The notes beneath the pieces were generated by a model. That model had not been told where the DNA came from. It was given only the letters and a program-made list of their open reading frames with translations, and searched no databases. Source: Nitrospirota bacterium (GTDB lineage Bacteria > Nitrospirota > Thermodesulfovibrionia > UBA6902). From it: a stretch of 64,000 nucleotides of DNA. Of the stretch, positions 48,457 through 58,936 are shown piece by piece. Location: NCBI GenBank assembly GCA_016207885.1, contig JACQZE010000005.1:197158-261157 (forward strand), read 5' to 3'. The position numbers were made by a program, and so were the translations under genes. Within the stretch, counting starts at the first letter, position 1. Every line of letters starts with the position of its first letter.

Positions 48457-50658
48457 GTGAAACAATTCTACGCCCACAGTGTTGACGGGAAGCCGGTTGA
48501 TGAATGGCATCTGCTTGAGGAGCATCTGAAGGGGACGGCGGAACTTGCGAAATCATTTGCGGATGCGTTCGGGTCGGGGGAATGGGGGTATCTGGCGGGG
48601 TTGTGGCATGATGTGGGGAAGTATTCGGAGAATTTCCAGAAAATGCTTCTTGCCTCTATCGATGCTCATATTGAAACAAAATCTGGCAGGGTAGATCATT
48701 CCACCGCGGGGGCAATTCACTCTGTTGTAAAATTTAATACACCAGGAAGAATATTCAGCTATCTTATCGCTGGACACCATGCCGGCCTTGCTGACTGGCA
48801 AACTGCTGAAGCTGGCAACAGGAGTTTAATTCACCGTCTTCAAAATGAAGATCTACTCAAGAAAGCCCTCGAATCAAATATCCCGCAGGAAATCACGGAC
48901 CAATCTCTTCCCAAGCAAAAGTTCAGAACCAGCGACGGGCATGCGCTATGGATCAGGATGCTATACTCCTGCCTTGTGGACGCTGACTTTCTTGATACAG
49001 AGGCGTTTCTTGATCCTGATAAATCAAAGGCACGCAAAGGTTACCCTTCACTGAATAAACTTCAGCCTCTTTTTGAAACTTATATGGAGAGGAAACAGGC
49101 TAATGCTGATGATACCGCTGTAAACAAACAACGGACAGAGATATTACGGCAATGTACTATGAAGGCAACTCACGCGCCTGCAATGTTTACATTGACAGTT
49201 CCAACGGGCGGCGGGAAGACTCTTTCGTCAATGGCGTTTGCCTTGCGTCATGCAGGGGAACACGGTAAGAGGCGCATTATTTATGTCATCCCCTACACGA
49301 GTATTATTGAACAGACAGCCGACCAATTCAGAGACATTTTCAAAGATGCAATTGTAGAGCATCACAGCAACGTTGACATATCGGATGAAGGCCACGAGAC
49401 AACAAAAAGCAGGCTTGCCTGTGAAAACTGGGACGCTCCGGTTATCGTGACAACGTCGGTTCAATTCTTTGAATCACTTTTTGCCAATCGCTCAAGCCGT
49501 TGCCGTAAGCTCCACAACATTGCAAATAGCATTGTGGTTCTTGATGAGGTGCAGCTTTTCCCGCCTGAATATCTCAATCCTATTCTCCATACGATGAAAG
49601 AGCTTCACAAAAATTATGATGTAACTTTTGTCCTGAGCACGGCTACTCAGCCTGCCTTTGGTGAACACAAATCATTTGATTTTAACTTTGAGGGGCTGGG
49701 GTCAACAGTTGAGATTATGGAAAGTCCCGTTGCTTTACATAAGGCATTCAAACGCGTTGAAATCCATGTGCCTGACAATCTTCTGACTTCCCGCTCATGG
49801 GAAGACCTTGCAAAAGAACTTACTCAACATTCGTCTGTCCTGTGTATCGTCAACAGACGCGACGACTGCCGGACGCTTTATGAGCTAATGCCGGAAGGGA
49901 CATTTCACCTCTCTGCTCTCATGTGCGGAGCGCATCGGTCAAAAGTCATTTCACAAATAAAACAGCGTCTCAAGGATAAACTACCTACGCGCGTAATCAG
50001 TACCCAGCTTGTGGAGGCAGGCGTTGATCTCGATTTCCCCGTTGTATACCGGGCTATTGCCGGGCTTGATTCCATTGCACAGGCTTCGGGAAGATGCAAC
50101 AGGGAAGGACTTCTTGATAAAGGAAGTGTTGTAGTTTTTGTTCCGCCGAGCAAAATACCTATTGGTTATCTAAGGCAAGCGGCAAATACCAGTATGATGA
50201 TGCTATCCGATAAAACAAACGATCTGCTTTTACCAGCTATGTTTGAGAAGTTTTTCAAATCACTCTACTGGCTGCAAGGGGAAAATCTTGATAAATACGG
50301 TATCCTGAAAGACCTTGCTCCTGATGGAGAACTTCGGTTTAGCTTTTATACTGCCGCTCAGAAGTTTAAGTTGATTGATGATTCACAGTACGCTCCAGTA
50401 ATTGTACGCTATGAGGAAGGAGAGCGATTGATAGGGATGTTAAAGAAACTTGGTACCGAGCGGTGGCTGATGAGGAAGCTACAAAGATATGTTGTGAATT
50501 TGCCGAGATATGTTCACACGAAACTTCGTAACGAAGGCGCTATCATGGAAGTTCACCCGGGGATTTTCGTTCAGGAATACGGCGCAATGTATCATAATGA
50601 TCTTGGTTTCTGCGCTGATAAATCAATGATCTATGAGCCGGATGATTTGATGTGTTAG
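48457..50658 (+). CDS. cas3: CRISPR-associated HD nuclease/helicase Cas3
   Basis: EEHL, WHDVGK, GHH, VDADFLDT, PTGGGKT, DEVQ, STQLVEAGVD and GRCNREG motifs. Confidence 0.97.
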   Translation: MKQFYAHSVDGKPVDEWHLLEEHLKGTAELAKSFADAFGSGEWGYLAGLWHDVGKYSENFQKMLLASIDAHIETKSGRVDHSTAGAIHSVVKFNTPGRIFSYLIAGHHAGLADWQTAEAGNRSLIHRLQNEDLLKKALESNIPQEITDQSLPKQKFRTSDGHALWIRMLYSCLVDADFLDTEAFLDPDKSKARKGYPSLNKLQPLFETYMERKQANADDTAVNKQRTEILRQCTMKATHAPAMFTLTVPTGGGKTLSSMAFALRHAGEHGKRRIIYVIPYTSIIEQTADQFRDIFKDAIVEHHSNVDISDEGHETTKSRLACENWDAPVIVTTSVQFFESLFANRSSRCRKLHNIANSIVVLDEVQLFPPEYLNPILHTMKELHKNYDVTFVLSTATQPAFGEHKSFDFNFEGLGSTVEIMESPVALHKAFKRVEIHVPDNLLTSRSWEDLAKELTQHSSVLCIVNRRDDCRTLYELMPEGTFHLSALMCGAHRSKVISQIKQRLKDKLPTRVISTQLVEAGVDLDFPVVYRAIAGLDSIAQASGRCNREGLLDKGSVVVFVPPSKIPIGYLRQAANTSMMMLSDKTNDLLLPAMFEKFFKSLYWLQGENLDKYGILKDLAPDGELRFSFYTAAQKFKLIDDSQYAPVIVRYEEGERLIGMLKKLGTERWLMRKLQRYVVNLPRYVHTKLRNEGAIMEVHPGIFVQEYGAMYHNDLGFCADKSMIYEPDDLMC

Positions 50659-50689
50659 GGAAAGATACAGATAGAAAGGAGGTATCAGG

Positions 50690-51331
50690 ATGAGTGATCC
50701 ACTTATCAAAAGCCTGCCCTTCCGCCTGAAGGTCTGGGGAAGGAATGCTTGTTTCACAAGACCGGAGATGAAGGTCGAACGCGTTTCATATGATGTAATG
50801 ACACCATCTGCCGCGCGAGGAGTACTTGAGGCGATACTTTGGAAGCCAGCTATCCGCTGGAAGGTAACGCAAATTGATGTTCTGCAACCGATCAAATGGG
50901 AATCGGTGAGGAGAAACGAAGTAGGCGCTGTTATGTCTTCACGTACAAGCGGAATATTCATTGAAGAGCAGAGGCAGCAACGGGCGGGGTTGTTCTTGAG
51001 GAATGTTGCATACACAATTCATGCGTATTTCGAGATGACGGACAAGGCAGGGAGCGAGGATACAGTTGTTAAGTTTACTGAGATGTTCCTGAGAAGAGCG
51101 GAAAGAGGACAATGTTTTAATATGCCGTATCTCGGATGCCGGGAATTCTCTGCTGATTTTAAACCGTTCCTTAACGGTGAGACCCTGCCGGAGCCGATTC
51201 CTGTCAGTCAGGATTTGGGCTGGATGCTCTATGACATGGACTATAAAGGTAAAGAACCTACTGCTCGTTTCTTCAGGGCAAGCCTCGACAACGGACGCAT
51301 GAAGATTGATGAAAAGGAGGTGAGGCCGTGA
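50690..51331 (+). CDS. cas5c: Type I-C Cas5c (Cas5d)
   Basis: ACFTRPEMKVERVSYDVMTPSAARG and PYLGCREF motifs. Confidence 0.97.
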   Translation: MSDPLIKSLPFRLKVWGRNACFTRPEMKVERVSYDVMTPSAARGVLEAILWKPAIRWKVTQIDVLQPIKWESVRRNEVGAVMSSRTSGIFIEEQRQQRAGLFLRNVAYTIHAYFEMTDKAGSEDTVVKFTEMFLRRAERGQCFNMPYLGCREFSADFKPFLNGETLPEPIPVSQDLGWMLYDMDYKGKEPTARFFRASLDNGRMKIDEKEVRP

Positions 51332-53001
51332 TACTGCAAGCGTTGGCTAAATACTATGAAAGGATGCCAGATGATTTTGTCCCTTATGGCTTTCAACGAA
51401 AAGAAATTCCATTCATCATTGTTGTTGATCGTGAAGGAAACTTTAAAAGCTTGAATACATCAGATCGTGTATTTCTTGTTCCTCGTGAAGTTAAACGATC
51501 AGGTAAAAATGCATGGATGAGCGCAAATCTTCTTTGGGATAATGAAGGCTATGTTCTTGGCTATTCAAAAAAAGATGATGACAAGGGGCAGAAACAAAAT
51601 CAAAGCTTTATTTCAGAACTGAAGAAGATATTCCATGAACCATTCGTCGATGACGGGATTGCGGCAGTCTGTAATTTTTATGAGAAAGGCAATCAGAAGG
51701 AAGCGCTTTCACACCCGATGTGGCACGAAATAGAAAAGAAAGGTGGCAATATTAGCTTTCAGCTTGAAAATGACAATGAATTGATCTGCTGTCGCAAAAC
51801 CGTTAGAGATAAAATTATATCTGATTTTCTAAATGATCCGGCTGATACTCAGATATGCCTCGTGACTGGTAGCTCGGATATTCCTGTAGACCTGCATATT
51901 GCTATAAAAGGCGTATGGGGAGCGCAAACATCGGGAGCAAATATTGTATCTTTCAACCTCGACGCCTTTACATCATTTGGCAAAGAACAGGGCTATAATG
52001 CTCCCGTCGGGAAAAAGGCTGAATTTGCTTACATTACTATGTTGAACTATTTACTTGAGAGAGGTTCAAGGCAAAGGATTCAGGTAGGTGATGCAAGTAC
52101 CGTCTTCTGGGCAGAAAAGAAGCATGAGCTTGAAGACTGGTTTGCGGATATATTTGGAGAGCCTGCTAAAGGAGACTCCGAACAGGATAATGCCGCAATA
52201 AAGGCTTTGTTCAAAGCCCCTGAGACAGGAGCAAAACCTGTGCTTAACGACAGCACAAAATTTTATGTGCTCGGTTTATCGCCAAATGCATCTCGTATTG
52301 CTATCCGTTTCTGGTATGCAGGGACAGTAGCAGAGGTTGAAGAAAATATCAGACAGCACTTTAAGGATATTGCAATTGAACACGCTCCACATTATCCTTC
52401 TTATCTTTCTCTCTTCCGACTGCTTGTCTCAACTGCGTTACAAGGAAAGTCAGACAATATCCAGCCTAATCTCGCTGGTGATTTCATGAGGGCGATACTT
52501 GCCGGAACACCGTATCCCGATACGCTTTTGTCTTCTGCTATACGCAGGGTAAAGGCTGAACAGGAAGTAACTTATCCGCGAGCATCTTTGATAAAAGCTG
52601 TACTGGTCAGAAAAGCACGATATAAAAATACAAAGGAGGAAATTGGCATGGCATTAGACACAGACAACACTAACACAGGCTACCGACTTGGACGGTTATT
52701 TGCCGTTCTTGAAAAAATTCAGGAAGAGGCAAGCCCCGGCATCAATGCAACCATACGTGACAGGTTTTATAGTTCGGCCTCAAGCGTTCCCGTTACTGTC
52801 TTCCCACATCTTATGAAACTTAAGAATCATCATATTGCAAAACTTGAGAACAGAGGGCGTGCGGTCAACTTTGAAAAAATTATCGGGGAGATCGTTGATG
52901 ATATTTCAGCCTGTCCAGCGTTTCCTGGTCATCTGAGTCTGGACGATCAGGGATGCTTTGCAGTTGGCTATTATCACCAGAGACAGGATTTTTTCAAATA
53001 G
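51328..53001 (+). CDS. cas8c: Type I-C Cas8c/Csd1
   Basis: MILQAL..YY, IVSFN..AFTSFGKEQG.NAPV, LSPNASR, GYRLGRLFAVLEKIQ and GYYHQ motifs. Confidence 0.95.
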   Translation: MILQALAKYYERMPDDFVPYGFQRKEIPFIIVVDREGNFKSLNTSDRVFLVPREVKRSGKNAWMSANLLWDNEGYVLGYSKKDDDKGQKQNQSFISELKKIFHEPFVDDGIAAVCNFYEKGNQKEALSHPMWHEIEKKGGNISFQLENDNELICCRKTVRDKIISDFLNDPADTQICLVTGSSDIPVDLHIAIKGVWGAQTSGANIVSFNLDAFTSFGKEQGYNAPVGKKAEFAYITMLNYLLERGSRQRIQVGDASTVFWAEKKHELEDWFADIFGEPAKGDSEQDNAAIKALFKAPETGAKPVLNDSTKFYVLGLSPNASRIAIRFWYAGTVAEVEENIRQHFKDIAIEHAPHYPSYLSLFRLLVSTALQGKSDNIQPNLAGDFMRAILAGTPYPDTLLSSAIRRVKAEQEVTYPRASLIKAVLVRKARYKNTKEEIGMALDTDNTNTGYRLGRLFAVLEKIQEEASPGINATIRDRFYSSASSVPVTVFPHLMKLKNHHIAKLENRGRAVNFEKIIGEIVDDISACPAFPGHLSLDDQGCFAVGYYHQRQDFFK

Positions 53002-53050
53002 AAAGATACAAATGTAGCCGAATAAATAAATTCTAAAGGAGGAATAAAAA

Positions 53051-53944
53051 ATGAGCAACACAATCAACAATCGCTATGACTTCGTACTATTCTTTGACGT
53101 AAAGGACGGCAACCCTAACGGCGACCCGGATGCAGGCAATCTCCCGCGCGTTGATCCTGAAACAGGACATGGCCTTGTGACAGATGTGTGTTTGAAAAGG
53201 AAGGTGAGAAATTATGTGCAGCTTAAGTCTGCGACCGATGAGTTTAAAGACAAGAAGGGCTTTGACATTTATGTCAAAGAAAAAGCTATTTTAAATCTTC
53301 AAAACAAACGAGCCTATGATGCTCTTGGAGTTGATTTGACATCTGAAACAACTAAGCGTAAAGGAGGAGATAAAGTAGAAGACGCTCGTGTTTGGATGTG
53401 CCAGAACTTCTATGATGTTAGAACATTCGGAGCCGTTATGTCGTTGGGTGTTAATTGTGGTCAAGTTCGTGGTCCTGTTCAGTTAACCTTTGCGCGCAGT
53501 GTTAATCAGGTTGTCCCGCTTGAACACAGCATTACCAGAATGGCGGTTGCCACTGAGGCAGAAGCGGAAAAACAGCAAGGCGATAACAGGACTATGGGAC
53601 GTAAGTTCACCATTCCCTATGGACTCTATCGCTGTCACGGATTTATTTCTGCTTCGTTTGCAGCGCAGACAGGATTTAGCGAAGATGATTTGACTCTTTT
53701 TTGGAAAGGGCTTCTTGAAATGTTTGAGCATGACCATTCAGCGGCACGCGGTCAAATGGCAACACGCAAGCTCATTGTATTCAAGCATGACTCAAGCTTG
53801 GGCAGCGCTCCGGCGCATGAACTCTTTGACATGGTGACAACAAAAACAAATGCTAATCCTGTGCGTGATTTCAGCGAGTATGAAATTACTATTCCGACTC
53901 AGGCCGATATGCCACAGGGTGTAACATTAGAGGTGAAGCTGTAA
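53051..53944 (+). CDS. cas7c: Type I-C Cas7c/Csd2
   Basis: [33 protein letters not shown] and [10 protein letters not shown] motifs. Confidence 0.97.
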   Translation: MSNTINNRYDFVLFFDVKDGNPNGDPDAGNLPRVDPETGHGLVTDVCLKRKVRNYVQLKSATDEFKDKKGFDIYVKEKAILNLQNKRAYDALGVDLTSETTKRKGGDKVEDARVWMCQNFYDVRTFGAVMSLGVNCGQVRGPVQLTFARSVNQVVPLEHSITRMAVATEAEAEKQQGDNRTMGRKFTIPYGLYRCHGFISASFAAQTGFSEDDLTLFWKGLLEMFEHDHSAARGQMATRKLIVFKHDSSLGSAPAHELFDMVTTKTNANPVRDFSEYEITIPTQADMPQGVTLEVKL

Positions 53945-53948
53945 TCCA

Positions 53949-54569
53949 ATGCACAGCGAAGACGATCTCATTCAGCTTTCAGCGTTGCAGCACTTTATGT
54001 ACTGCATAAGGCAGTGCGCTCTAATCCATATCGAACAGATTTGGAGCGAGAATGTCTTCACCGCCGAAGGCAAAATCATGCATGAGAAAGCCGATAGTAA
54101 TAAATACGAATCGCGGGGAAATGTCCGTATCGACTACAGCGTTCCTCTGCGCTCGCTCAGGCTCGGTCTCATTGGCAAGGCGGATGTGGTGGAGTTTCAC
54201 AAAAAAGACGATGGGACGTGGCAGCCTTTTCCCGTTGAATACAAGCGCGGCAAACCGAAGCTTGATGATTGTGATAAGGTTCAGCTTTGCGCTCAGGCAA
54301 TATGCCTTGAAGAGATGCTCAATGTTCAAATACCGGAGGGTGCGCTTTTTTACGGACAGACTCGTCACAGGGAAGATGTAGTTTTCGATAATGCCTTAAG
54401 AATTGAGACAGAAGATACGGCAAGAAAGGTTCATGAGCTTATTGAATATGGCATTACTCCGAAGGCTGAATATTCGAAGAAGTGTGACAAATGTTCTCTA
54501 CTTGAGTTGTGTATGCCAAAGGTGAGCAGGAAAGCAAGTCATTATTTGGCGAAGATGGTGGAGGAATGA
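53949..54569 (+). CDS. cas4: Cas4
   Basis: LQHFMYCIRQ, PVEYKRG, QLCAQ and CDKCSLLELC Fe-S cysteines. Confidence 0.96.
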   Translation: MHSEDDLIQLSALQHFMYCIRQCALIHIEQIWSENVFTAEGKIMHEKADSNKYESRGNVRIDYSVPLRSLRLGLIGKADVVEFHKKDDGTWQPFPVEYKRGKPKLDDCDKVQLCAQAICLEEMLNVQIPEGALFYGQTRHREDVVFDNALRIETEDTARKVHELIEYGITPKAEYSKKCDKCSLLELCMPKVSRKASHYLAKMVEE

Positions 54570-55597
54570 AAAAACATCTTAATACATTATTTGTCACAAC
54601 ACAGGGCGCATATCTCTCTAAAGAAGGCGAGACGGTTGCTGTCAAAGTTGACGGGACAATCTGCCTGCGTATCCCGATTCATACATTAGGCGGAATTGTC
54701 TGCTTCGGCCAAGTCTCGTGCAGCCCTTACTTAATGGGATTTTGCGCTGAAAGCGGCGTGGCAATCAGCTTCCTGACAGAGAATGGAAGATTCCTCGCAA
54801 AAGTTCAGGGGCCGGTATCAGGTAATGTTCTTTTGAGACGTGAGCAATATAGAAAAGCTGATGATCTTTCTATATCTGCCGATATTGCAAAATATTTCTT
54901 AAGCGGAAAGCTGCTGAATAACAGGGCTGTGTTGCAGCGATTTGTCAGAGATCATAACGACAAGCCAAACGCTGATAGAGTAGATTTTGCATCAAAACTT
55001 ATTGATTCATCATTGAGGCGATTACAAAATGAAGAATCCTTAGACGCAATAAGAGGGATAGAAGGTGATTCCGCTCATACTTATTTCAGCGTCTTCGATC
55101 ATCTCATTACAAGCCGGAAAGACGAATTTAACTTTAGCGAGAGAAACAGAAGGCCGCCTCTTGATAATGTAAACTGTTTGTTGTCATTTCTTTACACTAT
55201 GGTAATGCATGATGTGCGTTCGGCACTTGAAACCGTCGGGCTTGATCCGGCAGTTGGATTTTTACATAGAGACCGTCCGGGCAGGTATGGGCTGGCTCTG
55301 GATATGATGGAGGAGTTCAGGCCGTTTCTTGCAGACCGTCTCACTCTCTCATTGATAAATCTTTGTCAGGTGCAGGGCAAAGGATTTGACAGGAAAGAGT
55401 CGGGAGCTGTGTTGATGGATGATGATACGAGGAAAACGGTTTTGGTTTCATATCAGAAGCGCAAACAGGATGAGATAATGCATCCGTTTCTGAACGAGAA
55501 GGTTACTATAGGATTACTGTTTCACACACAGGCATTATTGATGGCAAGATATTTACGCGGCGACATGGATGCATATCCGCCGTTTGTATGGAAGTGA
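54566..55597 (+). CDS. cas1: Type I-C Cas1
   Basis: MKKHLNTLFVTTQG, RGIEG, RNRRPPLD, GFLH and LALDMMEEFRP motifs. Confidence 0.97.
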   Translation: MKKHLNTLFVTTQGAYLSKEGETVAVKVDGTICLRIPIHTLGGIVCFGQVSCSPYLMGFCAESGVAISFLTENGRFLAKVQGPVSGNVLLRREQYRKADDLSISADIAKYFLSGKLLNNRAVLQRFVRDHNDKPNADRVDFASKLIDSSLRRLQNEESLDAIRGIEGDSAHTYFSVFDHLITSRKDEFNFSERNRRPPLDNVNCLLSFLYTMVMHDVRSALETVGLDPAVGFLHRDRPGRYGLALDMMEEFRPFLADRLTLSLINLCQVQGKGFDRKESGAVLMDDDTRKTVLVSYQKRKQDEIMHPFLNEKVTIGLLFHTQALLMARYLRGDMDAYPPFVWK

Positions 55598-55608
55598 TGG
55601 TTTAATTA

Positions 55609-55685
55609 ACACCCCCATCCCCCTCTTAATCTAAGAGTGGGCGAAATTCCTCCTCATAAGATAAGGGAAGGTTAGGAGGGGTTAT
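55609..55685. repeat. Degenerate REP-like element between cas1 and cas2
   Basis: CCCCTCTTAATCTAAGAGTGGG and CCTCCTCATAAGATAAGGGAAGG imperfect hairpins with C-rich and G-rich ends. Confidence 0.5.
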
Positions 55686-55703
55686 GAAAATAAGGATTGA
55701 ATT

Positions 55704-55994
55704 ATGTTTGTACTTGTAAGTTATGATGTCTCGACAGTTGAAAAGGGCGGACAGCGCCGCCTTCGCAGAGTAGCAAAAGCCTGTCAGGACTACGGACAGA
55801 GGGTTCAGAACTCTGTCTTTGAATGTATTGTTGATCCTGCGCAATGGACGATGTTGAAAGAGAGATTGATTTCAGAGATCGATCCTGATAAAGACAGCCT
55901 GAGATTTTATTATCTCGGCTCTAACTGGAAGCATCGTGTTGAGCACGTCGGCGCAAAAGCCGGAATAGAGCAGGACGGCCCGTTAATCGTATGA
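55704..55994 (+). CDS. cas2: Cas2
   Basis: VLVSYDV, RRLRRVAK.C..YGQRVQNSVFEC and DSLRFY motifs. Confidence 0.97.
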   Translation: MFVLVSYDVSTVEKGGQRRLRRVAKACQDYGQRVQNSVFECIVDPAQWTMLKERLISEIDPDKDSLRFYYLGSNWKHRVEHVGAKAGIEQDGPLIV

Positions 55995-56180
55995 AACGAT
56001 TTTGCGAACCTGCAGAACACATGGTTTACGCATACCATTCGCAAGAGATGAAAAAAGTTTATAAAACAAAGGAGTATGTAAAATGTTCTTTGATAACTTT
56101 AAGGTTTACAGGAGTAAAAGAAGGACGTTCGCAAAAAGCAACAAATTTTTCTTTATAATATTTTGACTTAGAATTAGACT
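55995..56180 (+). promoter_or_regulatory. CRISPR leader
   Basis: AT-rich segment between cas2 and the first repeat, with TGCGAAC / TTCGCA / GTTCGCA motifs. Confidence 0.75.
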
Positions 56181-56561
56181 GTCGCGCCCCGCACGGGGCG
56201 CGTGGATTGAAACAGAAAAAAATACACAAGAACCTCTCCCCGGCATAGGTCGCGCCCCGCACGGGGCGCGTGGATTGAAACGCGCATGACGAGGACTACA
56301 ACCTCACCGGAGATGTCGTCGCGCCCCGCACGGGGCGCGTGGATTGAAACTTATCAGTTCCACGGGTCAGTGGAGCAATCAGTCCGACATTTCTTTTGTA
56401 AGAGCCAAATTTACTATCGTTCATCAACCAATTAACCCTCAGCTTGGATTTCAGACAGCTCGTCGCGCCCCGCACGGGGCGCGTGGATTGAAACCCCCAC
56501 AGACAACGGCATCTACTCCTAGTGTATCGTCGCGCCCCGCACGGGGCGCGTGGATTGAAAC
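56181..56561 (+). CRISPR. Type I-C array: five identical 33-nt repeats GTCGCGCCCCGCACGGGGCGCGTGGATTGAAAC
   Basis: Repeats at 56181, 56249, 56318, 56462 and 56529; spacers of 35, 36, 111 and 34 nt. Confidence 0.98.
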
Positions 56562-56744
56562 TTATCAGTTCCACGGGTCAGTGGAGCAATCAGTCCGACA
56601 TTTCTTTTGTAAGAGCCAAATTTACTATCGTTCATCAACCAATTTTTTTCCTTTGAATTTTTATGGAATTAGTATAAAATTCAATTAAGAGACACGCCTG
56701 AATTGAACAGATCATATAATATATTTCCATAAGGAGAGCATCCG

Positions 56745-57563
56745 ATGAAAAGATATTCCTTTGTAATCCTTGCCCTAGTTGTTTCAGTCTCATTCTTCAT
56801 ATCTTCCTGCGCAACCGGCATCAAGCAGGCTGAAGAAGCTCCTGTTGACAATACATTAAAGATCATAGAAGGCGGCAAGCTGTATGATCAATGGTGGGTG
56901 GTTGTCAAAGGGGCTGAAGAGCCGAAACTCAATCATCCGTTATGGTCGCTGCAGAGCATGAACAAAAGAAGCGGCAGCGATACCTGGAGATGCAAAGAAT
57001 GCCACGGTTGGGATTACCTTGGGAATGAGGGAGCGTACAGCTCAGGTTCTCATAAAACAGGATTTGCCGGCGTGCTCCAGATTTCGAAGATGTCTGTAAA
57101 GGATATAGAGGCGATCCTGCTGGGGTCAAATAACCCGTTTCATAATTTCAGCTATGTCATGGACTATGACGCCATTAATAACCTTGCCCTCTTTTTAAAA
57201 GAAGGGCTGATCGACGACAGGGTATATATTGACTCCAAGACAAAGGCCCCTTTTAATGCCGATCCCAAGAACGGCAAGGTACTGTATGAAAAAATGTGCC
57301 TCAAATGCCACGGCTCTGACGGCACTGAGCTTAACTTCGGCACAGACCAGAGCCCTGAGTATGTCGGGACTATCGCTGTATCAAACCCATGGGAACTTGT
57401 TCACAAGATAAGGTTCGGCCAGCCCGGCAGTATTATGCCGGCCCTCAGGCTCAGGCTGAAGCTTTCTGAGAAAGAGAACAAGATGCCGTCCGGAATAGAG
57501 ACAGGATATACCATGCAAGATGTAATGGATATTGTAAGATACTCACAGACACTGCCCAAATAA
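56745..57563 (+). CDS. Diheme c-type cytochrome lipoprotein
   Basis: Signal peptide with ISSC lipobox; CKECH and CLKCH heme motifs. Confidence 0.85.
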   Translation: MKRYSFVILALVVSVSFFISSCATGIKQAEEAPVDNTLKIIEGGKLYDQWWVVVKGAEEPKLNHPLWSLQSMNKRSGSDTWRCKECHGWDYLGNEGAYSSGSHKTGFAGVLQISKMSVKDIEAILLGSNNPFHNFSYVMDYDAINNLALFLKEGLIDDRVYIDSKTKAPFNADPKNGKVLYEKMCLKCHGSDGTELNFGTDQSPEYVGTIAVSNPWELVHKIRFGQPGSIMPALRLRLKLSEKENKMPSGIETGYTMQDVMDIVRYSQTLPK

Positions 57564-57612
57564 GGTTTTCTGAAAAAGAGTTCATATATGGGATGAGGAG
57601 ATTAACAGCCCC

Positions 57613-58830
57613 TCATCCCATATTTTTTATGATATCGGCTTTTTGCTTTAGAAGAATCAATGTGCCTGCCAGGCATGCACCTGCAACTGCCTCAAGCGCG
57701 CGCTGCGTGCCTACATAATGCGCCAGGCTTCCAATCGCCAAATTCCCGAGAGTTGCCGTGCCGAGAAAGACGAGCGTAAATGCGCTCATGACCCTGCCCC
57801 TCAGCCTGTCAGGGACTGCAAGCTGAAGCATGCTGTTCGCAGTTGCTATATGGCTGACCGCTCCCCAGCCGACAAAGAAGAGCATGGCATTGGAAAGCCA
57901 GGCGGCAGTTGAAAAAGAGAATATTAGCAGGCTTATCGAAAATACAATCCCTGATACGGCAAGCAGCAGCCCTTTTTTTGAATGGTCACCTTTAAGGACA
58001 AGGCTGATAGCTCCGGCAAAAGCGCCCGCGCCTGCAACGCTCATCAGGATGCCATAACCTGCCGCTCCGGTATTAAGGATATCCCTCGCGTATACAGGTA
58101 AAAAACTTATATAAGGAAGTCCGAAGAACCCGGTTATGGCTATGAACATCAAAAGTGTATAGACGCCCGGCTCGCTGAAGATAAAGCGTATCCCCTCCTT
58201 GAACTCTTCGACCACTCCCTTTCTCTCCTCTTCCTTCTTTTGGGATACCGGAATTCTGATCAGCATAAGCCCTATGATAGCGGCCAGAAAGCTCAATGAG
58301 TTCATGAAAAAACAGGCCGCTATGCCCATGAAGCTTATTAATAATCCTGCGACAGAAGGGCCGATGACCCTTGAACCGTTAAAGGCGGCCGAGTTAAGGG
58401 CGATGGCATTCATAAGCTTATCCTTGCCGACCATCTCAATAAAAAATGCCTGCCTCGCCGGCATATCAAAGGCGCGCGTCGTCCCGACAAAAAAAGCGAT
58501 GACAACGACATGCCAGACCGTCACCACATCTGCCATGACCAGAAAAGCAAGAAGTAACGCAAGGAGCATGAGTGCAACCTGCGCAGCAATAAGTATCTTC
58601 CTCTTTGACAGCCTGTCAGCCGCAACGCCGCCTGCCAATGAAAAGACAACCGAAGGCAGTGATGCGGCAGCGCCCACAAGGCCGAGATAAAAAGGCGAGT
58701 CAGTCAGCTTCAGCACAAGCCACCCCTGTGCGGCAGAATGCATCCACGTGCCGGTAAGGGATATCACCTGCCCGAACCAGTAAAGGCGGAAGTTCCTGTT
58801 GTAGAGCGATGAAAAAACTTTAGAGGACAT
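57613..58830 (-). CDS. MFS transporter
   Basis: NFRLYWFGQVISLTGTWM, GGVAADR, NAIALNS and RLRGRVMS; about 12 hydrophobic segments. Confidence 0.92.
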   Translation of the reverse strand: MSSKVFSSLYNRNFRLYWFGQVISLTGTWMHSAAQGWLVLKLTDSPFYLGLVGAAASLPSVVFSLAGGVAADRLSKRKILIAAQVALMLLALLLAFLVMADVVTVWHVVVIAFFVGTTRAFDMPARQAFFIEMVGKDKLMNAIALNSAAFNGSRVIGPSVAGLLISFMGIAACFFMNSLSFLAAIIGLMLIRIPVSQKKEEERKGVVEEFKEGIRFIFSEPGVYTLLMFIAITGFFGLPYISFLPVYARDILNTGAAGYGILMSVAGAGAFAGAISLVLKGDHSKKGLLLAVSGIVFSISLLIFSFSTAAWLSNAMLFFVGWGAVSHIATANSMLQLAVPDRLRGRVMSAFTLVFLGTATLGNLAIGSLAHYVGTQRALEAVAGACLAGTLILLKQKADIIKNMG

Positions 58831-58901
58831 GGTCAAATTAATATAACACAACCCTCTCGTTGCCTTGTGCCTTTATGCCGGTGTAACTTCGTCATTATCT
58901 T

Positions 58902-58930
58902 TTGACATGAAAAACTCCATGCAGTATCAT
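58902..58930 (+). promoter_or_regulatory. Near-consensus sigma70 promoter of selD
   Basis: TTGACA-N17-TATCAT, ending 7 nt before the ATG. Confidence 0.7.
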
Positions 58931-58936
58931 AACGTG

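Noticed and set aside
56059-56688. Short ORFs across the CRISPR leader and array
   Set aside because: They are translations of repeats and spacers.
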